A DNA stretch of 49,268 nucleotides from Klebsiella phage vB_Kpn_K2alpha62. Positions 28,012 through 36,444 of this stretch are shown here, piece after piece (positions within the stretch are counted from its first letter, which is position 1; each line of letters opens with the position of its first letter). The translations under genes and the position numbers were made by a program. The notes under the pieces are model-generated. The model did not search any database. It was not told the DNA's origin and saw only the letters and a list, made by a program, of their open reading frames with translations. The DNA lies in the sequence record OY978817.1. One strand, 5' to 3'.

Positions 28012-30045
28012 ATGCTCACAATTGAACAACAAATTGAAGCCTACGCAGACAAGATCCCGTTAATACAAAAGCGGTTCACCGTAGGAAATATCGTTCCTTA
28101 CCCGTATCAGGCGGTTGCGTATATTGAGACCGCGAAGCGGATCGCAAAATATGAACATCCGTTTTACATTAAGGCTTCGGTTTCCGCCGGGAAAACCATC
28201 ATGATCGCCATGCTCGCGGCGCAGTGCAAAGCAATGAACCTGCCAATGATGGTTCTCGCTCGCCAGGCCGAGATCGTGAAGCAGGATTCCGAGGAGATCA
28301 GTAACCTCGACGTTCCCAACTCCGTTTATTGCGCCGGGTTAGGCACGAAGGCGGCATACTTCCCGATCGTCGTCGGATCTGAAGGGACGGTGGTTAATGG
28401 CCTGTTTAAAATGCTGGGCGACTACGTGCCTTCAGTTCTGGCCATTGACGAATGCCACCAGGTTGACTGGCAAGATTTGGCGGAGGCGATCGCCAACAAT
28501 GAATCGTTCGAGTACATGAGCAGACCGAAGGATAAGCCGTATCGCGTGAACGGGGAACTGGTCGATGCCGACCACCCATACGACGAAAAATTCGACGACG
28601 TAGAATTCGGCGGCGGTCGCACACAGTACACCATCGTCATTTGTGAGTTAATGCGGAGGTGCCTTGAGAAGACGGGGCGAGAACTTCGCATCGTTGGCTA
28701 TACGGGTTCGGAGTTTCGCGGCGTCATTCCGATTTTACAGGAAGACAAGAGCCAGCCTGGTTTTTGGCGCGAGCAGATCACCGACATTAACACAAACTAT
28801 CTTGTCGAGTTCGGATCGGTTGTTCCCACCATTTTCGGCGATACCGAGGCAGATGGGTTGGGGTATGATCTTTCAGAATTCCACGGCTCCAGTCAGGACG
28901 GTACGCAGGATTTTAGCGCGGAAGAATTGCGCAAGATGGAAAAGAAAATCCATGAATCCGGCGAAATGACGAAGCTGATTATGCAAAAGGTCGTGGAGCG
29001 TGCGAAAACCCGAAACGGCGTTCTGATAACTTGCGCTGGACAGCGGCATTGCAAGGAGGCGGCGAGCTATCTACCGCCGGACGCAACATACGCGATCATC
29101 ACCGAAAAGACGAACTCCAAGAAACGCGGCGAAATTTTGGATAAGGCTAATCGCGGGGAGATTAAATACATCTTCCAGGTGATGGCCCTTACCACTGGCG
29201 TTAACGTTCCGTTTTGGGATTTTTCGGTGATATTGCGCAAGATCGGATCGCTTACGTTGCTTATTCAGCTTTTGGGGCGCGGAATGCGACTTCTGAAGGA
29301 CTGGCAAAAACAGCCGCCTTACTCGTGGGTGAAAGAAGATCACCTTGTCTGGGATTTTGCCGGAACAATGGATGACCTTGGCCAGTTGTATTTCGATCCT
29401 ATTTTGGAGCAGGCGCAATACCAAAGGCGCAAGAGCAGCAAGAACGGCCCGAAAATTTGCCCGGTATGCAAGGGAGAAAATAGCGAGTACGCCCGCCGAT
29501 GCATTCACAAAGACAGTAACGGCAATCGTTGCGAATACTTCTGGATCTCGCAGCGCTGCGAAGACCAGAAAGACCCGCGAACAGGGAAGATTAAGGTAAA
29601 GGGGTGTTACGCTGAAAACGATATTGTTGCTCGCCAGTGCAGATGCTGCGGGGTGCAGCTTAAAGACCCCAATGACAATCTCACCGGGAAGCACTACACG
29701 CAAAATGACTGGTATGATGTTGTCGGGTTCGATATAGGGTTGACTCGCAACCAGTCCGGGATCATCTTTAATTACGTGTTGCTGAACCATGACGGCGAGC
29801 GGTTCACCGCAAGGGAGAAGTTCTTTCCTGAATCAGAGAATCAGATTTGCTGCAAGTTATGGCGGCAAAAGGCAGTCTTCCAGCACGTTGACGACGCGGT
29901 AATGCGTGGCAAGTTGGGCGGCATGAAAAACGCCCGCAAGATCCTGGAGTATGCGCATTACTTCCGAGCGCCGAAGCGCGTAACGCATCGCGTTAACGGT
30001 AAGAAGGAAGATATTATTTCACGCAAAGATTTTGGAGATGAATAG
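28012..30045 (+). CDS. superfamily 2 DNA helicase (DEAD/DEAH-like)
   Basis: YPYQAVAYIETAKR, VSAGKT, AIDECHQVDW, QLLGRGMRLL motifs; C-terminal zinc-finger-like Cys clusters. Confidence 0.9.
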   Translation: MLTIEQQIEAYADKIPLIQKRFTVGNIVPYPYQAVAYIETAKRIAKYEHPFYIKASVSAGKTIMIAMLAAQCKAMNLPMMVLARQAEIVKQDSEEISNLDVPNSVYCAGLGTKAAYFPIVVGSEGTVVNGLFKMLGDYVPSVLAIDECHQVDWQDLAEAIANNESFEYMSRPKDKPYRVNGELVDADHPYDEKFDDVEFGGGRTQYTIVICELMRRCLEKTGRELRIVGYTGSEFRGVIPILQEDKSQPGFWREQITDINTNYLVEFGSVVPTIFGDTEADGLGYDLSEFHGSSQDGTQDFSAEELRKMEKKIHESGEMTKLIMQKVVERAKTRNGVLITCAGQRHCKEAASYLPPDATYAIITEKTNSKKRGEILDKANRGEIKYIFQVMALTTGVNVPFWDFSVILRKIGSLTLLIQLLGRGMRLLKDWQKQPPYSWVKEDHLVWDFAGTMDDLGQLYFDPILEQAQYQRRKSSKNGPKICPVCKGENSEYARRCIHKDSNGNRCEYFWISQRCEDQKDPRTGKIKVKGCYAENDIVARQCRCCGVQLKDPNDNLTGKHYTQNDWYDVVGFDIGLTRNQSGIIFNYVLLNHDGERFTAREKFFPESENQICCKLWRQKAVFQHVDDAVMRGKLGGMKNARKILEYAHYFRAPKRVTHRVNGKKEDIISRKDFGDE

Positions 30046-30452
30046 TGATTACTGATAAAGGTGATTATCTCGAATACTACGGCGGGCCTGTGAAGGCCTG
30101 TCCGCTTGAGAAAATCGATCAGATGAATAGTGTTTCGTGGCTGCGTCACGAATACCCTGATTATCTGTTCTGGCACACAGTCAACGAAGGCAGTAAGCAC
30201 AAGGCGAGCGCGGTTATCGATCATCAAATGGGGTTACTGAAGGGAGTTAGCGACATTCTGATCCTGATTGGGTTCGGCGGCAAATACCCGTTCGCGGCCA
30301 TCGAGATAAAGCGCCAGGGCAAGGCGCAGGCGTCACCAGTGAGCAAGGAGCAAAGGGAATTCCTTGCTGCCGTCCGGCGTCGCGGCGGATTCGCCGCCGT
30401 GGCCTATGGCTTCGAGCAATTCAAGATTGCTTTCTGCGATGCCATCAAATAG
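30045..30452 (+). CDS. VRR-NUC domain nuclease
   Basis: DHQMGLLKGVSDILILIGFGGKYPFAAIEIKRQGK...SKEQREFLAAVRRRGG. Confidence 0.85.
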   Translation: MITDKGDYLEYYGGPVKACPLEKIDQMNSVSWLRHEYPDYLFWHTVNEGSKHKASAVIDHQMGLLKGVSDILILIGFGGKYPFAAIEIKRQGKAQASPVSKEQREFLAAVRRRGGFAAVAYGFEQFKIAFCDAIK

Positions 30453-30492
30453 CACTTTTTGTTAAAACCGCCCGGCGAAAGCCGGGTATCAT
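30450..30492 (+). promoter_or_regulatory. promoter family member: TAGCACTTTTTGTTA-N22-TATCAT
   Basis: TAG = stop codon of the VRR-NUC gene; 76 nt upstream of the lipoprotein ATG. Confidence 0.75.
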
Positions 30493-30525
30493 TTCCACAT
30501 CAAAACGAAGAATGGAGTGTTGAAA

Positions 30526-30804
30526 ATGAAAAAGATGCTGGCTTTAGTTGTTCTGTCTCTTGGCCTTATTGGTTGCAGCGAAAAACCGAAAACATATGAT
30601 TGCGGTGGCGAAGCGTTCGAGGTAACTAGCAACTATATGAAAGTTGTCAAGGGTGAAAACTCTGGCGTTATAATTGATGGCGCTGGCGAAAATCAATATA
30701 AACTGCTTACTCCTTTTGGGTACGCTCATTATGAAGTCAACAAAAACACTATTGATGTTAGTGTGGGCGCTTTTCATAATACCTTAACCTGCGAGGTTAA
30801 ATAA
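30526..30804 (+). CDS. small secreted lipoprotein
   Basis: MKKMLALVVLSLGLIGCSEK: signal peptide with lipobox LIGC. Confidence 0.75.
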   Translation: MKKMLALVVLSLGLIGCSEKPKTYDCGGEAFEVTSNYMKVVKGENSGVIIDGAGENQYKLLTPFGYAHYEVNKNTIDVSVGAFHNTLTCEVK

Positions 30805-30806
30805 TA

Positions 30807-31538
30807 ATGGCAAAAGATATCGCAGACAAAGACACTCACGACGCGTTCACGACGTTTGAACAGCTTGAACGTGAAACGTTCATAGGCAACGCCCTTGCTA
30901 CTGGCGGACACTATCAGGCTGTCAGGCCCGACAAGTTTTACAAGGTAACAGGCAACCGATACGCCGGGAGCAAAACGCCTGATATCGTGCGCGATAAGTG
31001 GGCGACCGATCGCAGTCTAATCGCATACATGGAAGATCGTTATGGCCCTTACGATCTTGACGCCGCCGCAGACCAAAACAATGCAGTTTGCGCGAAGTTC
31101 TACGACGAAAGAACGGATTGCCTTAAACGCTGGTGGGGTAAAAACAAGCACGTCTGGTTGAATCCGCCTTACTCGTTTCCAGATCCGTTCGTGCTCAAAG
31201 CCATTGAGCAAATGGAGCACGATAACCAGATCGACATTCTTCTACCCGGCGACAATTCTACGGCCTGGTTCCGTGACGCGCAGAAGATGGCCGCAGAGAT
31301 TATCTGGATTGTTGCCGATGTTGAAGAGGATGATGACGGGAACCAGTTAAGCCGATCCGGTCGCCTCGCCTTCATCAACGGATTAAGCGGGAAGTCAGTC
31401 GACAACAACAATAAAGGAAGTGTTATTTTCATCATGCGCAAGCTCAAGCCGGGAGAGGAGCAAAAGACGCTTTACATTCCGGTAAGCGAGATTTGCCCGT
31501 CATTAGCTAAAAAGCGTATGCGCAAACGTGGGATCTGA
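30807..31538 (+). CDS. DNA N6-adenine methyltransferase (phage Dam family)
   Basis: DLDAAADQNNAVC...HVWLNPPYSFPDPFVLKA; NPPYS catalytic motif. Confidence 0.88.
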   Translation: MAKDIADKDTHDAFTTFEQLERETFIGNALATGGHYQAVRPDKFYKVTGNRYAGSKTPDIVRDKWATDRSLIAYMEDRYGPYDLDAAADQNNAVCAKFYDERTDCLKRWWGKNKHVWLNPPYSFPDPFVLKAIEQMEHDNQIDILLPGDNSTAWFRDAQKMAAEIIWIVADVEEDDDGNQLSRSGRLAFINGLSGKSVDNNNKGSVIFIMRKLKPGEEQKTLYIPVSEICPSLAKKRMRKRGI

Positions 31539-31541
31539 AAA

Positions 31542-31778
31542 ATGGAACAGATAGAGTCTTTCTCCGAGTATATTCGGATTGTTGTTGAACTGCTGGACAA
31601 GCACGGCTTCATTGGGACGGATGAGGAAAAGTTAGCCTTTGCTGACACCATCGACGGAACCTACATGGAGTTCATGGACAACGGAACCCCGGTCGCTGAC
31701 TGGCCAGAAATTCTTGAACGAGAATTGATTGAGTTTAAATCACATGAAGGCGCGGAGTATTTCGCAAAACAGCACTAA
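31542..31778 (+). CDS. hypothetical protein
   Basis: 78-aa ORF tightly following dam. Confidence 0.55.
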   Translation: MEQIESFSEYIRIVVELLDKHGFIGTDEEKLAFADTIDGTYMEFMDNGTPVADWPEILERELIEFKSHEGAEYFAKQH

Positions 31779-31812
31779 TTGCTAAACAATACCCGCCGCG
31801 TGCGGGTATTAT
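31770..31812 (+). promoter_or_regulatory. promoter family member: CAGCACTAATTGCTA-N22-TATTAT
   Basis: 73 nt upstream of the 31843 ATG; ATACCCGC/GCGGGTAT dyad abuts the -10. Confidence 0.75.
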
Positions 31813-31842
31813 TACTCCACAAACCAATCAGGAGCAAACGCC

Positions 31843-32079
31843 ATGAAAACCAAAACCATTGCAGACACCATCAAGATCGTACCAGTAAAAGCGCAAGTGG
31901 TATCGCGCCACCTGGTTAACCTTTCTCGCCTGTGCATGGCAGACTACGTGGCTAACCCTTCAGAAAATGGCCTTGATGGTGTTGTGGGTGAAATTTATTT
32001 CCGCGCTGGGTACGGCCTTGAAAGCTTGGCCATGTATGAGCAAATGGCCGAAGGTTTTTGCATTTACGGTGAAGAATGA
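31843..32079 (+). CDS. hypothetical protein
   Basis: 78-aa ORF with RBS downstream of a family promoter. Confidence 0.6.
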   Translation: MKTKTIADTIKIVPVKAQVVSRHLVNLSRLCMADYVANPSENGLDGVVGEIYFRAGYGLESLAMYEQMAEGFCIYGEE

Positions 32080-32327
32080 TGATTGTAGAGACTGGTCGCG
32101 CTGCCGTATGGCATCACGCTAAAGAAGCAGGAATAAGTGATGATATCGTGAAGATTGCAAAGTATTTCGATATCAAGGATATATCAATTATCTTTGGTGG
32201 GAAACTAACATATCTACACGAACGCCCGGTGAAGCGCACGCGAATAGCAGTGGCAACGCGTGCTGAGGCCGACGCGCTGAAGATGTTCATACACGAGTCG
32301 AAACAGCAGAAGAAATATTACAAGTAG
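32079..32327 (+). CDS. hypothetical protein
   Basis: about 82-aa ORF overlapping the previous stop. Confidence 0.55.
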   Translation: MIVETGRAAVWHHAKEAGISDDIVKIAKYFDIKDISIIFGGKLTYLHERPVKRTRIAVATRAEADALKMFIHESKQQKKYYK

Positions 32328-32341
32328 CAGGAGCGTGCAGA

Positions 32342-32419
32342 ATGCGATATATTGCGATCTTCTTTACGGCGATTCTATTCACGATCGCAATCATTAACTA
32401 TGCAATTCAATTGGGATAA
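32342..32419 (+). CDS. 25-aa single-TM micropeptide MRYIAIFFTAILFTIAIINYAIQLG
   Basis: ATG with upstream AGGAG; absent from the supplied ORF track. Confidence 0.5.
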   Translation: MRYIAIFFTAILFTIAIINYAIQLG

Positions 32420-32422
32420 ATT

Positions 32423-33553
32423 ATGCAACCTAAAATCACAGACGAGGAATTTTTAGCCGCCCGCGAGGAAGGCAAGACCTACCGCGAGATCGCGGAAGAG
32501 TTCGGCATGAACATTCGAAGCGTTGAACGTCGCGGCGTTCGCCTGGCGCGACAGGGGCACCTACACGGAAACGCCCACGTTGCGAAGCATATCCCGGACG
32601 GCTTCGGCGTCAAAGGCACGTCGACGATGATTCGCGCGGACGGCTCCGAGGTCGTTCGGTGGGTTAAGTCGGAAGTAGACCGCGATCGCATGGTTGCGCT
32701 TATGGAGGCGGCGCAGGCGGCTTTCTGCGAAGACCTTCCGCGAGCCGAACCGCAACCGCTGGATGAATCGAAGTTCTACATTGAAGATCAGCTTGCCCTG
32801 TACCCGATCTTCGACCTGCATATCGGGGCGATGGCGCATAAGCATGAATGCGGCGAGAACTATGATACCAGCACGGCAGAGAAGGTTCTAAACCGCTTCT
32901 TTGATTATTCCGTGTCGGTGGCTCCGCAATCACAAAAGGCGGTTTTGTTGGTCGGCGGTGACTTCCTTCACAGTGACGGCCTGGACGCAGTAACCCCGGC
33001 AAGTGGTCACGTTCTCGATCAGGATAGCCGATACGCAAAACTTGTTTATGTTGCCATCCGCTCACTGCGTCGCGCAGTGTCGCTACTGCTTAACAATCAT
33101 GCAGAAGTTGAAGTGCAGGTGATCGAGGGCAACCACGACCAGGCCGGGATGATTTGGCTACGCGCAGCGCTGGCGGCGTTCTATGAGAATGAGCCGCGCG
33201 TTTTCGTTGATGTTAGTCCGGCGATCCTGCATCGCACCTTGTGGGGCAAAACCATGCTGGGCTATACGCATGGCCACACGATGAAGAAGCCGGAAACGCG
33301 CCTTGCTGCGATGGCTACCGACTTCCGCAAGGAGTTCGGCCAGTGCGACTACATTTACACGCATTCCGGCCACTGGCATCACCAGACTGTAACGGAACAC
33401 TCGTTAGGTATTGATGAAGTGCATGGCCAGTTAGGCGCAAAAGATGCCTACGCAGCACGCGGTGGATGGCGTTCATACCGCCAGGCTGCGGTGATTCTGT
33501 ACAGCAAAGACTATGGCGAAGTCGGTCGATTCATCTATCGCCCGAACATGTAA
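32423..33553 (+). CDS. HTH plus calcineurin-like metallophosphoesterase
   Basis: TYREIAEEFGMNIRSVERRG; PIFDLHIG, GGDFLHSDG, EGNHD, HTHSGHWHH-like motifs. Confidence 0.8.
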   Translation: MQPKITDEEFLAAREEGKTYREIAEEFGMNIRSVERRGVRLARQGHLHGNAHVAKHIPDGFGVKGTSTMIRADGSEVVRWVKSEVDRDRMVALMEAAQAAFCEDLPRAEPQPLDESKFYIEDQLALYPIFDLHIGAMAHKHECGENYDTSTAEKVLNRFFDYSVSVAPQSQKAVLLVGGDFLHSDGLDAVTPASGHVLDQDSRYAKLVYVAIRSLRRAVSLLLNNHAEVEVQVIEGNHDQAGMIWLRAALAAFYENEPRVFVDVSPAILHRTLWGKTMLGYTHGHTMKKPETRLAAMATDFRKEFGQCDYIYTHSGHWHHQTVTEHSLGIDEVHGQLGAKDAYAARGGWRSYRQAAVILYSKDYGEVGRFIYRPNM

Positions 33554-33560
33554 ACACGAC

Positions 33561-33576
33561 GGCCCCGCGAGGGGCC
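33561..33576 (+). other. intergenic hairpin GGCCCC-GCGA-GGGGCC
   Basis: 6-bp stem without U-tract. Confidence 0.45.
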
Positions 33577-33591
33577 AATGAGGATAACCAA

Positions 33592-34086
33592 ATGAATAAA
33601 AAATGTATCTGCATTTTCGATCTCGATGGCACGTTGTCCAATGGCAACCACCGTTTGCACCTGCTGCCGAAAAAAGATCTCCACCTAACCGAAAGCTGGA
33701 CGGCGTTCAATATGGCGGCTGGCGGTGACGCTCCCATTACGGACACGATCCGGGTAATGAAGGCCATGCGCGCAGCCGGATTTATCGTCATCATCCTGAC
33801 CGGGCGAAGTGATGAGGCTCGCGAGATCACTGAAAAATGGCTGGTGCAAAATGGCGCATCGCATTACGATCTGCTGATTATGCGCGCAGCCTCCGACAAC
33901 CGGAAAGATACGGTTATCAAAGAGGAAATTTTACGCAAGATTGGCATTGAGCGAATCGTTGCGGCGTGGGATGATAGCCCCACTGTTATTGCGCACTTCC
34001 GTAGCCTAGGTATTACAACTTACCAGGTCTGCGACTACGGCGAAAACCTTCACGACCATCTGAAATCTCATGGAGTAGACAAATGA
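33592..34086 (+). CDS. HAD-superfamily phosphatase resembling the T4 PseT/Pnkp phosphatase domain
   Basis: IFDLDGTLSNGNHRLHLL, ILTGRSDEAREIT, AAWDDSPTVI, GITTYQV. Confidence 0.8.
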   Translation: MNKKCICIFDLDGTLSNGNHRLHLLPKKDLHLTESWTAFNMAAGGDAPITDTIRVMKAMRAAGFIVIILTGRSDEAREITEKWLVQNGASHYDLLIMRAASDNRKDTVIKEEILRKIGIERIVAAWDDSPTVIAHFRSLGITTYQVCDYGENLHDHLKSHGVDK

Positions 34087-34654
34087 AAAATGTAATCATC
34101 CTCAACGGCGCACCGGGTATCGGAAAAGACACCATCGCGGAAATCATCGCCCGCAAGTGGGACTATAAGATCCTGAGTTTCAAATCACCGATGTTTGACA
34201 TTGCGCGTTCTATGCTTGGTAATATTGACTTTAGGCGCTTCGCTGTCCGCTAACATGATCGCAGCCGGAAAGAAGTCAAGTGCGACTTTTTAGGCGACCG
34301 CTCGCCGCGTGAATTCCTGATTCACATTAGCGAAAATTTAGTAAAGCCGACGTTAGGCAAAAGCAGTTCGGCAAGTTGCTTTGCGATTCCGTCGTGAATT
34401 CGCCTGTTAGTTGCGTCGTCAGCGACGGCGGATTTGACGAAGAAGTAGAGCACATCGCGGAGCACGATAGCGTAAACGTCTTTGTCGTTCGCCTGCATCG
34501 TGACGGCATGACTTTCGAGGGTGATAGCCGCAAGCATATTAGCCGCCCGGATCTGATTTGCGAAACTTATCACGAATTCGATTTTGATATGACGACTGGC
34601 GAGCCGGAAGACGACGCGCAAAAAATCCTTGATATGGTTTTCGAAGGGTATTAA
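34083..34654 (+). pseudogene. decayed deoxynucleoside monophosphate kinase
   Basis: MKNVIILNGAPGIGKDTIAEII (P-loop), in-frame TAA at 34251, then HDRSRKEVKCDFLGDRSPREFLIHISENLVKPTLGK, frameshift at about 34359, then QFGKLLCDSVV...EDDAQKILDMVFEGY. Confidence 0.75.
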
Positions 34655-34696
34655 TATTCTCTACGTAATGCCTTTATTATCACCGCCTTAAACTTT

Positions 34697-34724
34697 GGGA
34701 GCCTTAACAGGTTCCCTTTTTTTT
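34697..34724 (+). terminator. intrinsic terminator GGGAGCC-TTAACA-GGTTCCC-T8
   Basis: 7-bp stem with one G.U pair plus T-tract. Confidence 0.8.
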
Positions 34725-34788
34725 GTTCTTTATTTGGCCCAACGCATATATCATCGCATTATCACTTAACTAACAGAGGTTGCATATC

Positions 34789-35004
34789 ATGCGGGAATTC
34801 ATCAACGCGGCAACCAATGGTAGCGGCGGTGTTACCCTCGCAGGCTCTGCGACCGGGCAACTTATCATTGCGGCCATTGGTTTATTTTTCATGATTCTAT
34901 TCGGCTCCTTCGGCGCGTGGTTGCGATGGCGAGATTCAAAGGCGCTTCGTGAAGCGCTGGAAACCGGGGATATCAAAACGGCGGTGAAGATCAGGAGTAA
35001 ATAA
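34789..35004 (+). CDS. holin
   Basis: 71 aa, one strong TM (LIIAAIGLFFMILFGSFGAWL), charged C-terminus, directly upstream of endolysin. Confidence 0.7.
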   Translation: MREFINAATNGSGGVTLAGSATGQLIIAAIGLFFMILFGSFGAWLRWRDSKALREALETGDIKTAVKIRSK

Positions 35005-35005
35005 C

Positions 35006-35488
35006 ATGGGGATTAAAACGCGGGTTACATTCGCGGCGGCGATGGCGATCGCTGTCGCCTTCCTCCCGAAAGTGGAGGACACGAAATACAAAGTTTATAC
35101 CGATATCGCTGGAGTTTCGACGGTATGCGAAGGCATCACAGGGCCGGACGTAATTAAGGGGAAAACCTATACCCGGTCAGAGTGTGATGCACTTTTGGCG
35201 AAGCACATCCAGGTCGCAAAGCGTGTTGTTGACAGCAAAATCAAAGTTGCCGTGCCTGACACCTTCCGGGCGTCGATGTACAGCTTCACTTTCAACGCGG
35301 GCGGCGGCGCATACTCCGGCAGCACGATGCTGAAGTTAACGAACCATGGGCGGCTATATGAGGCGTGCGAACAGCTTTACCGCTGGACGTACTATCGAAA
35401 CCCGAAAACGGGCAAGATGGAAAAATCGCGCGGCCTGCATAATCGCCGGGTTCAGGAATTCAATCTGTGCATTAAGGATCTAAAATGA
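35006..35488 (+). CDS. SAR-type endolysin (GH24 lysozyme)
   Basis: N-terminal Ala-rich weak TM; TVCEGITGPDVIKGKTYTRSECD with catalytic E; FNAGGGAYSGSTML. Confidence 0.88.
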   Translation: MGIKTRVTFAAAMAIAVAFLPKVEDTKYKVYTDIAGVSTVCEGITGPDVIKGKTYTRSECDALLAKHIQVAKRVVDSKIKVAVPDTFRASMYSFTFNAGGGAYSGSTMLKLTNHGRLYEACEQLYRWTYYRNPKTGKMEKSRGLHNRRVQEFNLCIKDLK

Positions 35489-35910
35489 GTAGCTTAAATT
35501 TTCAGCGAGCACTGGCAATCGGCTTCATCGTGTGGGCGGTTACACTGGTTTCCGGTTGCGCTTCCAGCGTCCCGATCCTTTCCGATCTGGTGGGCAGCAA
35601 GCCGGATATGACGGCGCAAGTCGGCGCGGAGAACGTGAAACAGGCGGTGGGCGTGACGAACAAAACTGACACCTCAAGCAAACAGGAGACCACGTTCAAA
35701 GAGTCTGCGGTAGGGAAAGTTGACACGTCGAACAAGAAATCTGTAACGACCTCCAGCATTCACGCCAACCAGATCACGGCGGACAAGATCGAGATCCGCA
35801 ACGATGAAAGCGGAAGCCTGATTCCGTGGCTGATTGGTGGTGTTGTGGTAGTAATGCTGGCGATCGGGGTGTTCGGTCTTTGGCTGGAACGAAAAAACAA
35901 AGGGGCGTAA
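35485..35910 (+). CDS. unimolecular spanin (T1 gp11-like)
   Basis: N-terminal lipobox TLVSGC|ASS and a C-terminal TM (LIPWLIGGVVVVMLAIGVFGLWL) in one 141-aa protein after endolysin. Confidence 0.8.
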   Translation: MSSLNFQRALAIGFIVWAVTLVSGCASSVPILSDLVGSKPDMTAQVGAENVKQAVGVTNKTDTSSKQETTFKESAVGKVDTSNKKSVTTSSIHANQITADKIEIRNDESGSLIPWLIGGVVVVMLAIGVFGLWLERKNKGA

Positions 35911-35922
35911 TGCCCCTTTTTC
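35899..35922. terminator. bidirectional terminator AAAGGGGC-GTAAT-GCCCCTTT
   Basis: between convergent transcripts. Confidence 0.8.
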
Positions 35923-36140
35923 TATATGTACCGCTTGACGTGCAATATCGCTACTCCGTCTTCATCGTTAAGACCATGTTCAACCGTGTTGGTTACGGCC
36001 ATTCCTTGATAGAGCAAGATGAGCGCGGCACGCAAGTAATTTTCTGGTGTGATCTGTTTCACACAAACAAGCCTGTGAACCTCCGTTATCAGATCTTCCA
36101 CCTGGTTTCCCGAAAAGCTGTTCATCACTGAGTTGGTCAA
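35922..36140 (-). CDS. hypothetical; probable C-terminal part of the 36441 gene in another frame
   Basis: TTG-start ORF overlapping 35980..36441 by about 160 nt. Confidence 0.4.
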   Translation of the reverse strand: MTNSVMNSFSGNQVEDLITEVHRLVCVKQITPENYLRAALILLYQGMAVTNTVEHGLNDEDGVAILHVKRYI

Positions 36141-36441
36141 GGTGCATTATCTCCCACATATATCGGTTATCCATCCCTTCGAACGACCGAAAATCAAAAC
36201 CTATCTCCCTGTTATCCGGCCCCGTACACCACACGGAGCCGTTTTTTCCGTCAAGGTATCCATTCGTATAGCTTCGCGATAAAAACTCCTTAGAGACCAT
36301 TGAGGCGAACATGCGTTGCGACACGTTAGCGGCTTTTGCCAGGCGCGGCGCTTCGCGGTGCATGTAAACGAACTTCGCAAAATCCTGCCTGGTGAACTCC
36401 CGGCGAGATTCGCAGAACTTGTAAATGTCAAGAATGAACAT
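35980..36441 (-). CDS. hypothetical; C-terminus likely out of frame after FGKPG
   Basis: good composition until about 36110, poor afterwards. Confidence 0.45.
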   Translation of the reverse strand: MFILDIYKFCESRREFTRQDFAKFVYMHREAPRLAKAANVSQRMFASMVSKEFLSRSYTNGYLDGKNGSVWCTGPDNREIGFDFRSFEGMDNRYMWEIMHLDQLSDEQLFGKPGGRSDNGGSQACLCETDHTRKLLACRAHLALSRNGRNQHG

Positions 36442-36444
36442 CAA

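Noticed and set aside
30459-30492. TTGCTA/TTGTTA in the repeated elements as a normal -35 hexamer
   Set aside because: The distance to the -10 is 21-22 nt in all 15 copies, well outside the 16-18 nt optimum, and the hexamer is one arm of a dyad. An activator or repressor site is a better reading.
34251-34376. Group I intron, intein or ribosomal bypass explaining the interrupted kinase
   Set aside because: The gap is too small for an intron, the intervening sequence itself encodes conserved kinase residues, and there are two separate lesions.
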